The translations under genes were made by a program, and so were the position numbers. The notes under the pieces were generated by a model that was not told the DNA's origin, ran no database searches, and saw nothing but the letters and a program-made list of their open reading frames with translations. Shown in pieces: positions 1 through 13,600 of a stretch of DNA of 64,000 bases (its first letter is position 1; the number at the start of each line of letters is the position of its first letter). Origin of the DNA: Raillietiella orientalis (Eukaryota); contig JAYWIR010000024.1 of assembly GCA_036172245.1 (NCBI GenBank), forward strand, positions 1 to 64,000, read 5' to 3'.

Positions 1-837
1 GGTTTTCCTTGGTGTTTCCATCTGGTGCACGCCGCACCATGCCTCTTCATGCTCGCAGCGGGTAAGAGAGGTCAACCATGCTCAAGACGGTGGCTTGAAG
101 GTTGTCTCCTGGTCCGCAGTGCGGCCTGCAGATCCGCTGGCATCTCGACAGGCGTGCAGAGCAACAACCAGAGTCAAGAGGGCATCCGACAGTCAGCTTA
201 GTGCCCTTCCGGTACTCCGGCCTTCCCTCACGGGCCTAGCAGCTGCTCGCGTCAGCTTAGTGGCTGATTGACCGTTCTCAACAAGTGGAGCACGCGTGGC
301 TTGCCGTACAGAGGAACGCTTCTTCATTGTATAGAACGATGTAAGCCGGTGTCTTCAAGATGCATCCGAAGATTCTTCGTGGCTGAAGGCAATCTGCCGG
401 GAGTCAGATTCGTCTGACACATGCCCGCACTCCTATCAGACTCCAGTTGCATCCTCCCCTCACCTTGCCGAGTGGTCTCCAAGAGCCTCCTGCACATTCC
501 GTTCTACGATCGGCCAAAGCGGACGCACGCGTTTGGCATGAGAGAGAGCATGTGAGAGAGCATTCCCTGCTCGATGATCCTCTGCGGCGAGCGAGGGAGT
601 TCCAGCACTTCCCACGTCCCGTCGCAGCTGCTACACCTCAGAGAATAACAAGCCTTCTGTTGGCCAACGAAGCCTGGAGGCTCAGGTGGAACAGTAGCGG
701 AGCAGGGCGAAGAGAATGCGATGCAACGAGGAACGCGCGTCAGGAAAAGTTCGCACTGGAGAAGTGCACGCGGTCGCGTAGGCGGGGAGCTGCCTTGCGA
801 AAGTGTCACAAAAAGTGCCTTGTAGGGAAAGGCCTCC

Positions 838-956
838 GTTCACGGCCACACCACGCTGAAAGCACCGTCTCTCGTTCGATCGGCGAAGTTAAGCAGCGTC
901 GGGCCCGATCAGTACTTGGATGGGCGACCGCCTGGGAACCCCGGGTGCCGTGGACC
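838..956 (+). rRNA. 5S rRNA gene (eukaryotic type), copy 1
   Basis: GTTCACGGCCACACCACGCTGAAAGCACC...GAAGTTAAGCAG (box A)...AGTACTTGGATGGG (box C)...GTGCCGTGGACC. It is 119 nt, the 5' and 3' ends pair, and a TTTTT Pol III terminator follows. Confidence 0.95.
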
Positions 957-2817
957 AATTCTTTTTGGCCGCGTCTGTCTAGCAGAACGCTTCCGAAAGA
1001 GTGGTTGCTCGTTGAAGCTGGTCGCCGTCCTGCATGCAGCGTGGCGCCGCCCCCACCCACTCCTTCTTTTCAGTATCAAGAAGAATCCTAAAGCTGCAAC
1101 ACAGGAAGCGATCGCTAGGAGCTTTGCTCTGTCCCTGCTCCACAAATCCCTGCGATGCTTCTTGCACTGCCCGGAAACCAGACTTCAAGTTGCGGGAATC
1201 CTCCGTCGCATTTAAGCTGGTGCGTCCACTCGACCCAATCACCCACCCTACACCTGACCTTCCCTCTACTTAGCTCCCCCCCTCCAAATATGGGTATCCG
1301 TTGCGAATCCCCCACCCATCCTTCCCCCATTTCCCATCCCAACACCACCCTCTTCCCGGAGAACATCCCCGTGGATATGTCTGCAACCTCGAAAGAAGCA
1401 CGTGTCTCGCAAGCCACACACTTCCCACGCAGCCCAACTTCAAGTCGCAAATTGAGAGCACCCTTTTCACCTGGTCAGTGCTGTGGTAGGGCGAAATGGA
1501 AACAGAATGCACACAACTGCGTGCTCGAATGCTTATGTGGTAGCCATGCGAACGGGAGTGGTTTATTCCAGGGAAAGAAGAGAACCAGCACAAGATTGTC
1601 TCCACTCTGAAACGACGGTGTCATTCCTCGTGGCCACCTCCTTGTCCTCATCACGAAGGCTCTTTTGAGAATGTCGAGTAACTGCTTGCAGCATCGTTTG
1701 CCAAGGATACTCCAGAAGCAGCATCACAAGAGCTCCACATGTCGCAGAAAATCAGGTGGTGTACTGGTTCTGAAGTGAGGGTTGAGAGGAATTTGGTTCT
1801 CCTCTCAACCACCTCGCATGGAGCGTGCTGGTCCGCGGATACGCGAAGTATTCACTTTTTCATGCTTTTGCAACTTCCGAGAGGAAAGCTTCGTGCACTT
1901 TCGTGGTCAAATTCCTTCCCGCCATCCCAGTTCTCTCCTCTGTTTTACATGGGAACATCTTCAGCGCAAGGTTTACCCGAGACCAGTTGTGAAGCCAGTG
2001 ATCCCTTGTGGACACGAATGTCCTTGGCGGGAAATTGCCCAGTGAAGCAGTGGGAGTGAGCCGAAATCTATCGCCGAGACTAATAGATTGCCCAACACGT
2101 AAACGAATCGATGATTCGCAGCTGCGTGTCACAATGACGTCATCTAGGAACTTGCGCTGTTCCCCCCTGACAATTGAAAAGGTAAAAGACCACGATTTCA
2201 GACAGTTGCGTGGGCGAGGCTGGAGATACATTTTCCGGGCACGTTCTGTGAAGGTTCGCCGGCATCTTCCTTGGAATGACTTCCACCCTCGAATGAGGAA
2301 GGAATCGAAGACTCGAAGCCGCTTCTTCGTCAAACAGGAGCATTCGTAGGAATTCCAATGCCTCAGCTGTGGAAATGGTGCCTACCTCCCGAAATATTCT
2401 TGCCCCCGCCCAGCAATAAATTCTATTTCGTAATGGAGATATATCATTGGATTTAAAATAATCCGAAAAATACATTCGTTAGAGAAGGAGAACTTAATGA
2501 AGGGAGCGTCATCCATAGCTCGGAAAGTAAGCACATTTCAGTGTCGGTTCGGTCGTTTCTGAGTAAAGTGAGTCCAAATATTTGCAAACGTTTATGAAAA
2601 TCAGTGTCGCACATGTGGAGAAGCAAAGAAGGCAAAGTTATGCTCGCCAGCGGAGACAGGCAGTGAAAGGTAACCACACGCGATTGAAGCGGATCCAAGT
2701 TGAAACTTTGAATCCGGGGATAAATTTGGTCGATCGACATCGCTTCGTTCCATTGGTGGAAGCCGCCACAAGGGGAGCACAGTGAGGGCGAAGGACTCCA
2801 TGAGGCAAAAAATTGAA

Positions 2818-2948
2818 CGATCGAACGAGAGGCGGTGCCGCCACTACGGGCCACCGCCATGCTTTCCATTGGCGAAGTGAAGCAACTCCACACCAGGTCA
2901 GCTACTTGGATGGACGACGACCTCCTGGGAACCCCACGTGCTGCGAAC
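2818..2948 (+). pseudogene. Scrambled, degenerate 5S rRNA pseudogene
   Basis: ggcgaagtgaagca...cagctacttggatgg...cctgggaacccc...gtgctgcgaac is on the + strand, followed by a T-tract. The internal 5S block gcaccgcctctcgttcgatcg lies inverted at 2818-2838. Confidence 0.7.
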
Positions 2949-5344
2949 AATAATTTTTCCCAAAGCTGGAATTTCTGGCGGCAGAAGGCTGGAGTGCCGG
3001 TCCGTCTCTTTCGGAGTGCGCCCAGAGGAACTGCGATCGCTGCACAAACTCCCATGCAAACCGCTGGGAAATATCCCGCACGATTGGACGCAGTGGTCCC
3101 GGATAGCCGTCAAATCGCTTGCTGCAGCACTGTCTTCCATCAGGGCAAGCAAGGACAGCAGCCAACCGGGGTGATGGGAGTTTTTGGCAAAACGGCAGCA
3201 GTCGAAGCATTCCTGGAAGGCTGCAATACGATCGAGTAGGTGTACGTCGCCACCCCTCGTTTTCGGGCGAAGGGACCGCTTCATTAGAGTGACCTACTTG
3301 ATGTGCCTCCAGAAATATTCGTGGTCCCACCCCTGTGTGTGGTGGACACCTCCGTGTTCGCGCTCCGTAGGCAGCAGGATGCCATCTGCTTTCCTCAGTT
3401 GGGGAATTCGGATGCAACCAGAGAAGGCACATGGTTTCCGGAAGAGTTGTCTCCCCGAACTGTTGAAGGTGCAGAACGACGGAATCCCTCCCTCACCTTT
3501 TGCTGGACTTCGGTTTCGTGGAGGGCTTGAGGCGGAAACTCCTTTCGGCGCTCAGACAACCGCAGGATCTATCGTGCTTCGGACTTGCCGCGAGACTTGT
3601 TCGCGGGAGGCTGAGTGAAGAAGAGCGCTGTGATTTCACACCCGGGTGCGCCGGAGAGTTTATTCCCCTTGCAGAAATTGATGGAGCCAAAGGGCTCACC
3701 GATTGCAATTATAACACTAAAACTAGGGAGAGGTGGGAGAGGTCGATCACGTCCACGAAGAAGAAGGATAAAACAAAACTAGAAAAACAATCAAACAAAC
3801 TATAACGGACTGGAAAAAACAACATAAATTAGTTGGGGGGAATGGAAGGGATCAGCTTTCGTGGTGGGTGAGGCCTCTGCATCCGTTGAAGGATGCCGGC
3901 GAGCTCCTCCTTCTCCCTTTCCAGATGGCACCATCTCAAAGCTGTGTGTAGGAAGCGGATGGCGTGTAGGGCCGACCCCCGTCGCTCCTGTCTCTCTCGG
4001 AGTTGTACTTGGCTGCGACGACACCGCGCCTGCAGCACCGAGCTGCAATTGCAGCAACGGGCGTCATGGCGTCTCCCACGAAGAGATGCCCCAAAGAGTA
4101 ACGTGGATCATCAACGGAGTGAGAAAGGGACGCCGACATTCCCACAGGACACGGAGGGCGAAGCATTGCGCTAATGAGTGGGGGAAAGTCTCCTCCTCTC
4201 CTCACCTGGCGCAGTTCGGCAATGAGCTTCCCCTCGCCCAGTGGTGCCGACGCGCATTGCACGGGAGACGCGCAGTACAGTATCAGCTGCGCCGATTGCA
4301 GCCAATTGAGATGAAGCAGGTTACTATCCCTAAACACAGGGGGCACTTCCAACTCTTAGGGCCGAATGGAAAAGAGTTCCGCTGCAACGTTGCATTTCTT
4401 GGGAGAGGGTTCTTCGTGTTGCTGTGTCAGCAGTATTCCAGCCACCCATAGGCTTTATGAGGAATAAGATCCCGCAGCAAACCTCCCACTTCGCCGGAAG
4501 TCAGGTGACATGTACCCTGACAGCGGAGGACACCGCTGCGGCGAAGGGGCTGGCTGGTGGCTAGCCCAGCAAAGTCAGCTAGCTTACTACCCACCTCCTC
4601 CAATGTTCTTCCGTTCTCCCGAAACGATCGGCTGCAGGATTCGGGTGAGCTGGAGCCTACATCCTCACTTTCTTCTGCCGCCAGACCAGAGCATTCCCAG
4701 GGGGGCGCGAAATCCACATGTTCGCTCTCTGCGGAGTAGCGACGAACCGGAAGGGGAATCTGCTAGATGTGAGTCGGCGATGATGGCACGCAAACAGGGT
4801 TGCGAGTCCTTCGCCACCGACCGACAGCCGGAAGAGCGAACGAGCGCTGTGATTGCAGCAATCTGTTACATCCGTGCCACGATGACAGCTCGCCGCGTAT
4901 TGGACTCAGATTCGCGGCTAATTAAGGCCACTTTCATGGCATGAGCACCCAACTATGCTTTCCGTAGGAGGCGCGTCGTCCAGGTCTTCACGAAAGAAGA
5001 GGGCGGAAATACAAAAAATAGGGACGGAGGAGGGGAGTTCGACATGTCACGGCTTCCTTTCCCTCGGCGAAGGTGCGTATGGTCCCCGAAGCAGGAGACT
5101 TCCGCCATTTGGACAACTTGCGCCGAATCACCCTGGTGAACTCGGACTTCAAGTTGTTTTCCAAGCTGTGACATCTTTTGTCGAGGAAGCTTCCAGTGTT
5201 TCTATATTGCCATTACTTTGGGATGTTCCGGAGGTGCCATCTGCCCGGAGCAGTCGCCGGAAAGGGTCTGCGCACTGAAGATAATTGGAGGGAGAATAAG
5301 CAGGAAACAAAAAATTATTAACGTTTCCCCAAGTCCTGCAAGGG

Positions 5345-8265
5345 TTTGGGGTGAATTTATTTTCTCTTTCACACTACAATCTCATGCATACAAATTGCAC
5401 AAAGATTGCACTTCCTATCGCTGGGGTTCACTTGAAGTCTGCTTCTTGGGGTCTCTGGAAAGTTCGCTGCATTAATCAGCTGGGTGTCGTTTGGGCCTGG
5501 GTTCCTCCTCCAATCCTTTTCAGGATGTTTCGGTAGTTCCAGACCTGCACTGGTCCGCAGTTTTTAATGCCAATCTCTTTCTGGATGAGCCCTATCAGGT
5601 TTCCTAGGGGAGATATTGTGGTCCTCGTGGTCTTCATCTTCCACCACCTTACAATAATGGCGGTGATGAAAACGGCGATCGTCACTCTTACCATAGGGTT
5701 ATAGCGGGAAACCGTTCCAGTTCTTTGGAACTTCTCTGCCCAAACCTCCATCGTCGAGGAGCTGGACAGCCCGATGGCCCTTTTCAGAGTAGTCCACTAG
5801 GCTTGCAGGGGGGGGAAGTCAGTACGTGACGTCTTGTATCTATTCCACCACACTTCCTGCAGATTTCTTCGTCTCCTATTCCCGTGAAGTGCTTCATCCT
5901 GGAACCACTCATGATACCTCCATGGAAGAACCTGAGGAGATTATCCTGAGTTTCCGGTGCTAAATCACTCCTCTAGAGCACCGTCTCAATCGCCAGTGGA
6001 TTAAATCCACTACTAGCGTAGCGGTCGGCGGCATCTTGGAGGGCGCTGAAGTCTTCTTCTCCTAATAGCTGGCGAATGTTCCTCTTCGTTACTCTGGACC
6101 ATGCGAAGTTGCGATGATTCTTCCACACTTCGCGTGTCCTGAATGCGAAGCTGCCAGAAATCCTTTCGACATAACGCAGCACCCGAGAATGATGCAGGTG
6201 TCGTCGTCGTGCCCATGATTCATTATCACGAAAAGTCACTCCGGTCCTCTGGTTTATCCTGGTCCTCGTGTCATCCTGCACGGGGAGCATCCACGGGATA
6301 ACCTGGATGGATTCCTCCTGCCAAAGTTCCTTGCTCTTCGGGATCATTTTCAAGAAATGTTTCTTGACGTGTTCCTGTTTCCTTCGACACGACGGGTCGA
6401 TGGTGGACCATTCACCAACTCTGCCGACCAGCGCAGTCATCAGGCCTCTCGAGTTGTTCCGCAACAGCGAGTACGCCCTGTGCGTGGCGTACGGCCAGTC
6501 GTCTCAGTTGGAATACATTTCCAGGATTTGTCGCATGTCCATGACGTCCACGGCGTATGCAGACGACTTCATACCGGATCCTCCTTCTTCCTTAGGACGA
6601 CACAGTGGCTTAAGGCGTACTCTCGGTCGACATTTTCCCCAGTGGGTTCTCCGCTAAAGCTTTTCCATTTCGCGCTCGGTGTTCTGGGATGTTGTAGAGA
6701 AGGCCGCTCCAAAGAGTATCTTTGAAAGGAGAACTCCGTTCCAAAGATTGACCCTCTTCTTCATATTGAAGTCCGAGCGGCTGTACTTCGCTCCTTGCTC
6801 TGCTGTTCTCCCCAGGACTTCCTTCCACAGTAATTGGGGTGCCGAAGCATCTCCGATGTGGACACTCAGGTACGTAATTCGATCCACCGTACGGAATCCT
6901 CTCCTCTTGAGTGTAGAGAGGTCCAGGATTCCGACGGGCAAAAGCTGGCTCTTCTGGGCGTTGATCTTCAAGCCCAATCCTTCCCTCATAAGCTCCACCA
7001 CATGCAGAAATCCTTGCTGGTCTCTCTCCTTTTTCAAGAAGAAGAGAAGGTCGTCTGCGTAGGCCAGATGGGTGAACCTTTCAATGTCCACTTTGATTCC
7101 TTGGAGGTACTCAGTTCTCTCGATGAACGACGAGACGGCCTCCATATAGATAACGAACAGCATCGGACTTACAGCATCGCCCTGATGGCCTTCGCGTTCC
7201 ATGCGAATAGCTGCTGTCGTTTCCCCGTTTATCTTGATGTGGAAATGTTGTTGTTCGAGTATCATCTTCACGAAGTTGCCGAAGTATTCCAGGAGGTCCA
7301 GTCTTTCTAGAATCTTCAGCAGCATCTCATGGTCCACCGTATCGAAAGCCTTCTCCGTGTCAGTGAAGCCTAGCACCAAGTTCTCGCCGATATATCGGCT
7401 GAGTCCAATGGTAGCTTGGGCACACTTGACCTTGGCCGACATGTGACGTCCAGGCACCGCACATTTTTGGACCGGAGAGATCAGCCTCGGCAAGACCTTG
7501 CCTAGGCGGTTGGCCCGTATGTTCGCCAATTACTTGGCATCGAAGTTGAGGATCGAGATTGGCCTCCATTGGGTGACCTGCGTGAGTTCGCCTCCTCTTG
7601 GCAACAATCTCATCCTACTCTCATAGAAGGATTGCAGTAGTCGTCCGTCTTCCATGATGCGTAGCGTCAGCTGGTAGAACAAATGCTTGTAGGCATGCAG
7701 GTACCGTTGATAGTGTGAGATGGGAACATTATCAGGACCCTGTGCCACATCCTTGCGAAGATCCTTAAACGTAGCTTTCGCTTTTTTTCATCGACTCTTT
7801 TCTCCAGATGTTTCAGGAAGCTATTTTCGTAAAATTTGCACAGATGTCTGCGTTGGAAGTGTTCCACGTAATGCCTCTGGAAGGCTTCAGTGATGTCTTC
7901 CGACCAGTGGCTGGCACGACCATCGTAATGGATACAGAACATATCTGTTGCCAGATTCCTCTTCTCCAACACTTCCACTTCTCCCTTGATGTTTAGGAAG
8001 ACGTACCGACTCTCGTACTCTTGCCAGTGTTTCGAGAGGGAGCGATCTTGAATGTTCAGCTCCCGGTACGCTTATTGCCTCAGTCTCCTGTCTCCGAACT
8101 ACATGTTGCAGAGGAGGTGGACACGGTGTTTCATGCTATCCCAGTCGGCGATTCTGCTGATGGTGGTCGACTGCAGCACCGCCTTCACGAGCTCTTGGTG
8201 ATAGGGCAGCGTTTCAAACCAGGAGCGCCGCCTTGGGTTTTTCACCCCGGTGAGCCGGGGCTTTT
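5345..8265 (-). mobile_element. Mirror copy of Tx1/L1-like element A
   Basis: ORFs 7530..7748, 6654..7529, 5973..6464 and 5476..5751 on the minus strand. Confidence 0.9.
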
Positions 8266-8316
8266 ATTATTAAAATTTTTCGAAATACACAAAAAAAATT
8301 TCATAATACAGTCATG

Positions 8317-10242
8317 ATTTGTTTTTTTTTTTTTTTGTTGTTGTTGTTGTTCTTGTTTTTCAGTCGGGACATATGGCCCGAATGTCTTGAGGCACTTGTC
8401 CTTACCGACCCGAAGGACGATAAGGTCCTCTACACTGGTGAAGGGGCGAAGAAAACCGAAAATAAACAAAAACAAGAAAACGCCTGGGGGGGCAATGTTC
8501 TTTGGGAGGGGGAGGGAAGGGAAGGAATCCCGGTACGCCGTGAGGAGGCCTCTGCATCCGGTCACGGATGCCTGTAAGTGTTTTCCAAGTCGGCGCCAAC
8601 GGCAGGCCTTCTCCAAGGAGATGGTTGCCCAGTGGATGGCATTCCGACTGGCATGTCCTCTCCTTGACGCGGTCCACTTGTCCAGTATTCCGCGTACGCA
8701 ACAGAGCACTGCTACACACCCGGAAGCTGGCAAGGCGTCCCGCATCAGGAGTCGAAAAATGTTCTTCGGGTCGCGCCGCGGAATGTTCAAGATCGACGAG
8801 TGTCGGTTCCACATATCGCGAAGGGCAACGCACTCAATGATCAAGTGAGCAAAGGTTTCTCTTTCCCCACAGTCTGGGCAACTAGCATCCACACTCCCTT
8901 GTGTCCAGTGAGACAAGCGCGCTCTGCTTAACAGTCCCCAATGGAGCAGAAGCAACGCCGTCTCCTGCCACTGCAGGGGAAGGGTGCCGTTATTCCACGA
9001 CACCGGGGGCCACTTTACCTCCTCCGGAGGTACTTCGAGCAGCGCGCCCCAGCGTGAAAGTCCATTTGGCGGGACACTCGGGGTACTAGCTTCCGCTAGT
9101 TCCCGGGACGTCCACGCCTTCAATAATTTTTTCCTGCCTCCGATGAGGCAGGACACTTCCCACGATGCCTCCTGCTGGCTGTCCCGAACTTCCCTAAGGG
9201 AGGGCAGCACTGGGGCAAGGGGGGTAAAGGAGGCCCACAGAAGCTTCCATGGGTTGCTGACGATCTCCTGCAGTGGCTGACCAGCGTACCTGCCTCTACG
9301 GAGGCAGGAGAAGTCCTCATCGCTGGAGCCGTTGATTTTAGCCCATGCGGAAACGGATTCCTGGAGCCAGGTAATCCAGTCCGCTGGGATGCAGGAGATC
9401 CACGGATTGTCTCTCAACAGGGAAACCAATTCCCGCAGCTGAAAACCACAGTGGTTAAGGCTGCGGTCGTTGGCTACTAGGATTGAGGTCAATCCATGGC
9501 AGCCGGTTGCCCTCTGAGCCAGGATTCGTGAAGGTGCACACCAGGGTGCGGTCCAGTACTTTGCCACAAATGCAAGTTTGCGGAATCGGAGCTGTCGCTT
9601 CATGCGCTCCAGCGTCAGGAGACCAAGTCCACCGTCCCTGCGTGGAGCGCACAAGTCTTTAAGACGGACGAGGGGCCTCCGATTGCCCCAGAGGGCTTTT
9701 CTAATGAGGCCCCTCGTCCTTTGTCGAATTCGGGGAGGTATGGGGCATACAAAAAGTAGGGGGCGGAGGAGGGGGGCCGCAAAAGCGTTCCACACCGCCA
9801 CCCGTTCCTGCAAGTAAAACTTGCCGTCCCGAAACGGGCCGATCGCCAACTCCACTTTTGGAGACGGTCGGACCAGGCTTCTGCAGCGCAGAAGTCCCCC
9901 AACGGAACGCCCAGGTACTTGAAGTACCCGCCCGTGGGGATCCCCAAGCGGATCCAGCCTGACCGTCCTGCCCGCAACGAGTCCGGAGAAATGATTGACG
10001 ACTTCGCCCTGTTTACCTCGAAGCCCGTCCCACGGTTTGTCTTGGTGGGGTCCGTAAACATTCACCAGAAACTGGTGAAAAAATTTGCGGACCAGAACAA
10101 ACCGTAAGGCGATGACTCTTTCAGGTACGGGACAGAAGGTTTCCAGAATGGTGGCGGCAAGCTCGTTTTTGATAAAGATCGCCACCTTGATATTGATCGA
10201 AGTCATCAGCCCTAGCGAAGGATAGGCCTCAGGAGAGGCCAC
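8317..10242 (-). mobile_element. Mirror copy of Tx1/L1-like element B
   Basis: ORFs 8242..10242- and 9615..10061-. Confidence 0.85.
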
Positions 10243-10571
10243 CGTGATAATAATAGGCGGTAACTTTTTCGACGTCCTTCAGGCGATGTTCGGAAACCAT
10301 GCTGGTGCGGAGGGAGGTGGGGCGAGCGCCGCGACCTTGAGAACTGATCCTCTTTTCGCAGCTTCCCCCTCTTTTTTTCCCTCTCTTTGTGCCGCACAAG
10401 TCGAGCGGCAGTTCTTCACCACGCGTGACATCCGAGTGCGAACGCCTCCCAGGTGTCACCCTCTCCTAGAAATCGGATCACTTCCTAAGAGGGGCTCCCT
10501 GCCCCTTCGCCTACATACATCCCACCGTCTCACTCGCTGAACCCACCAACGATCACGGTATTCACAGACTG

Positions 10572-11385
10572 TCAAAGCTCATACAGAGGCATCCAGGAGA
10601 TACCGAGAAGCTGCCAGAGAAGATCATCTTGAAGAGTGCGGCCATCGATGCTCTTGCCAACTTTCCTTGCCGCATTGCTGCTCTCCCTTCGAGAACATAT
10701 GGGCAGCAACCTGTCCGTGAAATAGGGAGTCAGTGCCGAAATCTCCAGAAGAAGAGAATGACTAGTTGAATGGACGACGGGCCAGCTAACGGACGCTGCG
10801 ACCCCGAGTGCCCACCCTCGACGACTCTTTAGCGAGACACTGGGAATTCTGGTGAAAGATCTGCAGACATCCCGGTGCTCTTGGACACCTGCATCTTCCC
10901 CTTGAAGTGGCAGGAGTCGGTGCAAATGCTGCTGCACTGGGGCCTCCTGTGCAACGCCCGCCGGCATTACTGGACACGAAAGTGTGTGGAAGCGAACTGT
11001 GCAATGTGCGGGGAGCTGGAATCTTTTCCTCACCGGCTAGTGGACTGTTTCCTTTGGTCCCATTCGGACCAAACACGCTAGCCTTGGAAGCCTCGACATC
11101 AACTCCAGAAATGATTGACTCTTTTTGCGAGACGCCCTGAAGCCAGTCGTAGCCCTTGCAGCACTTTGCTGCCTCCGCAGGGTCGTGGATCGGGAAACAA
11201 TGCGAACTCAACCGCTTGGCTCCTCGCTTTCTGTGGATAGCGGTCAGACCTTGACAGCAATATCCAGCAACACCTTGCCGCCATCCTTCAAAGGATGCAG
11301 AGGACCACCTTCTGCTGACAATGATCAGTTTTTGCACCCCACCCCTTCAAATTCTTTTCTATTTATTTTGTTTCTTTAACTTTTT
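10572..11385 (+). mobile_element. 3' fragment of a B-family LINE (element C); mirror at ~37162-37975 on the minus strand
   Basis: FPLKWQESVQMLLHWGLLCNARRHYW...CAMCGELESFPHRLVDC aligns with LPLQWQETALLLLHWGLLSRARLSHW...CPDCGERETFAHLIIEC of element B. C-rich then T-rich tail. Confidence 0.8.
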
Positions 11386-12165
11386 CATTGCACCTTTCTT
11401 ACGTCAGCTTCCTTAACGGACCTAGCAAAGACGCTGCACAATATGGGGCGAGCGAAGAGCTGTCTCTCACGAATCCAAGATCTCCAGCAATCGACAACAT
11501 GTCTGGCGGGATGGCGGGTTTCAACAGGTACTTGCGTCCGGGACATTCTTGGAGCAGACTGGAGCGTAGAAGACTGTTGGATGGATCGCAGGCAGACTAA
11601 CGAGAAAGGTCCGAGGAGATGCGCATCTTCCAGCACTAGAAACAGCTACCCGTCTTCCCACAGGCCCTTAGCGCACTTCTTGTCCACTTTTGTACGTTCG
11701 AACTAGGATCATCGCTGCCCACTCCGTGCACCAGAATCAACCCTTTCGACCTGCCCGCTTGCAACACCCAGAAGCACGGAGACACCTTCATAACTTCGGC
11801 GAAATGATGTCGCCCACTGCCAACAACATGAGCGGACTTTGAACCAGGCACTTGAACGCTCTAAAGCGCGACTGACTGGCTGAGGCAGGTTTGCGGAAGG
11901 ATCACTTGACAGCGGCGAAATAAAAGTTTTTCTGCAACGTCGCGGGCAGGAACAACCTCCTTGAAGGCTAGATGGTGCGTAAGTTGGTGGATGTTACCAG
12001 TACACGTGCTGCGGCAACAAGACTCCTTCAGTGAAGTAAACTTTTGAGTCTAGTCCCCGAAGACCATGCACTCCCTCCCCTGTGTCTGGATACTTTTGTG
12101 TCCCCGCTCTCTTGGAAACAGGTTATGTTGCTCTTTCTGCATTGGAGATTACAGTGAAATGAGCG

Positions 12166-12950
12166 TTGGCACCGTCTTTCCTCAAGATGTTACTTCGCTC
12201 ACAAACGATTCCAAAGAAATGGGAAGCGATAACGGCGCAGGCACCCATCAATAAAGAAGACAAGAAACCACAGTTTATCATCGAACGAAAGGATTTTCGT
12301 ATCTATTCAAAGTTGGAATCGGAAGATCCTTCAGTTATTTCAGAATGTTCGGCGGGTGATTGGGTCACTTGCGAGCTGTGTTTAGAAGCCTTGCATTTTA
12401 GACACTCATGGAAGAGGGAACGACAAATCCAAAACACATTCCGTTCAAACATTCCTTCATGAGAGCACAGCAACAAATGAGATGTAGGGCTTCACCTAGA
12501 GGCTTCTTCGTGAAAACAGCCAGCCTGGACCAAGAGGAATCCCAGAAAATGGTTCATTTCCACTCCCTTGCTGCTTCCCTGTCTCCTCCTGCAAACGAAA
12601 ACGGATGAGAAATGGCGGAAGCACTTGAAATGGTGCTTCGAACGGGAACGCTGCGCCAGCCACAGCGAGAAGTGGTGGGAAACGAAATTTCCAGGAATGC
12701 CGTTGCGACCATCAAAGGTTCGCTTCACGGATGAACTCGGTTCCTAAGAGAGCTCAAAGTCCGAGTTGCACTTCAAGTTGACCGGGAGAACGACACCACT
12801 CCCGTTCCAGGAGGACCGGTTGAACTTTCGGGTGTTACACGAATCGAGAAAAGGCCTCATGAAAGATGCTGTTCTTTGCTTCTCCCACGCGGTTGTTCCG
12901 GCTCAATAGGTGCCGTTCTTGGAGAATTTGCTGCGCTTCCTTTGAAAGTG
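12166..12950 (+). mobile_element. Possible degenerate DNA transposase (BED-finger/hAT-like); mirror at ~35597-36381
   Basis: WVTCELC...RH and a later CASH (CxxH) motif. The match is weak and broken. Confidence 0.25.
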
Positions 12951-13086
12951 ATCGAACGTAACTTAACGTACGATGTTTACTGCCAACGAGGCTGACTTCT
13001 CTGCTAATGAGAACAGAAGAGAAAATTTCGCCGACCAGCTGTCCCATAAGGAGCGCGAATGCGACCTTCAAGAGGGCATGACATTT

Positions 13087-13190
13087 TCCATCTCCCTGCT
13101 TGTGATGCAATACATGCACGTATACATGAACACGTATGTATGAGCATACATATAGAGAAAGATACATGTGTGCACATATGCGTGTGTGAA
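13087..13190. repeat. Degenerate alternating purine-pyrimidine (TA/CA/TG) low-complexity tract; mirror at ~35357-35460
   Basis: atacatgcacgtatacatgaacacgtatgtatgagcatacatat...gtgtgcacatatgcgtgtgtg. Confidence 0.55.
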
Positions 13191-13254
13191 AGTTTCCTTG
13201 TTTATTGTGAATCGATGATAAACGTATTTGTTAATCCTTTTGAGAACGTTTTTT

Positions 13255-13600
13255 CACATTTCCCTGAAAATGGTTTGCCGATCAGAGTGATGGACGCCGC
13301 TCCTGCTCATCCTCCGAATTTCGAGTAACATTCGGTGGGTGAATCTATTTTCATAAAGATAAAGTTTTCGCTGGCCAATAGCACTTCCCTCACACAGCCC
13401 ATGGACCAGCAAATCATTTCGAACTTGAACACAGCGCACACTAAGGCCACGTTTTGAAAATGCTTTGAAATCACCCATGACACAGAACTGACTCTCAAAG
13501 AATTTCTGCGAAGGAGCTTCACAGCATCCTTCACTGCTTAGCGATCATCGACAAGGCATGGAAAGAATGGAATTTTTTGCTTGGAAAAACCTCTGTCCAG
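13255..13600 (+). mobile_element. Tigger/pogo (DDE_1) transposase remnant; mirror at ~34947-35292 on the minus strand
   Basis: ENGLPIRVMDAAPAHPP...IKFSLANSTSLTQPMDQQIISN...KCFEITHDTELTLKEF matches the pogo/Tigger pattern DNAP.HP...P.NTTS.IQPMDQ.VI. Confidence 0.75.

Noticed and set aside
1300..2400. LINE 3' fragment on the minus strand (EPVHHLIFC) with a G-rich, quadruplex-like tract at ~1310-1350
   Set aside because: Too degenerate to assign from a single partial motif.
838..3000. Spliced-leader RNA or snRNA linked to 5S (Sm-like AATTTTTTG near 2805, minus strand)
   Set aside because: No recognisable leader exon/GT donor or snRNA core; the adjacent sequence is the inverted 5S block.
8242..10242. 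666/642-aa ORF as a novel protein
   Set aside because: It is a chimera of LINE endonuclease, an out-of-frame RT segment, the ORF2 C-terminus and read-through into the 3'UTR. Its end differs between arms at a homopolymer.
11892..11904. TGCGGAAGGATCA matching the 3' end of 18S rRNA
   Set aside because: Only 13 nt match; the conserved upstream 18S sequence is absent.
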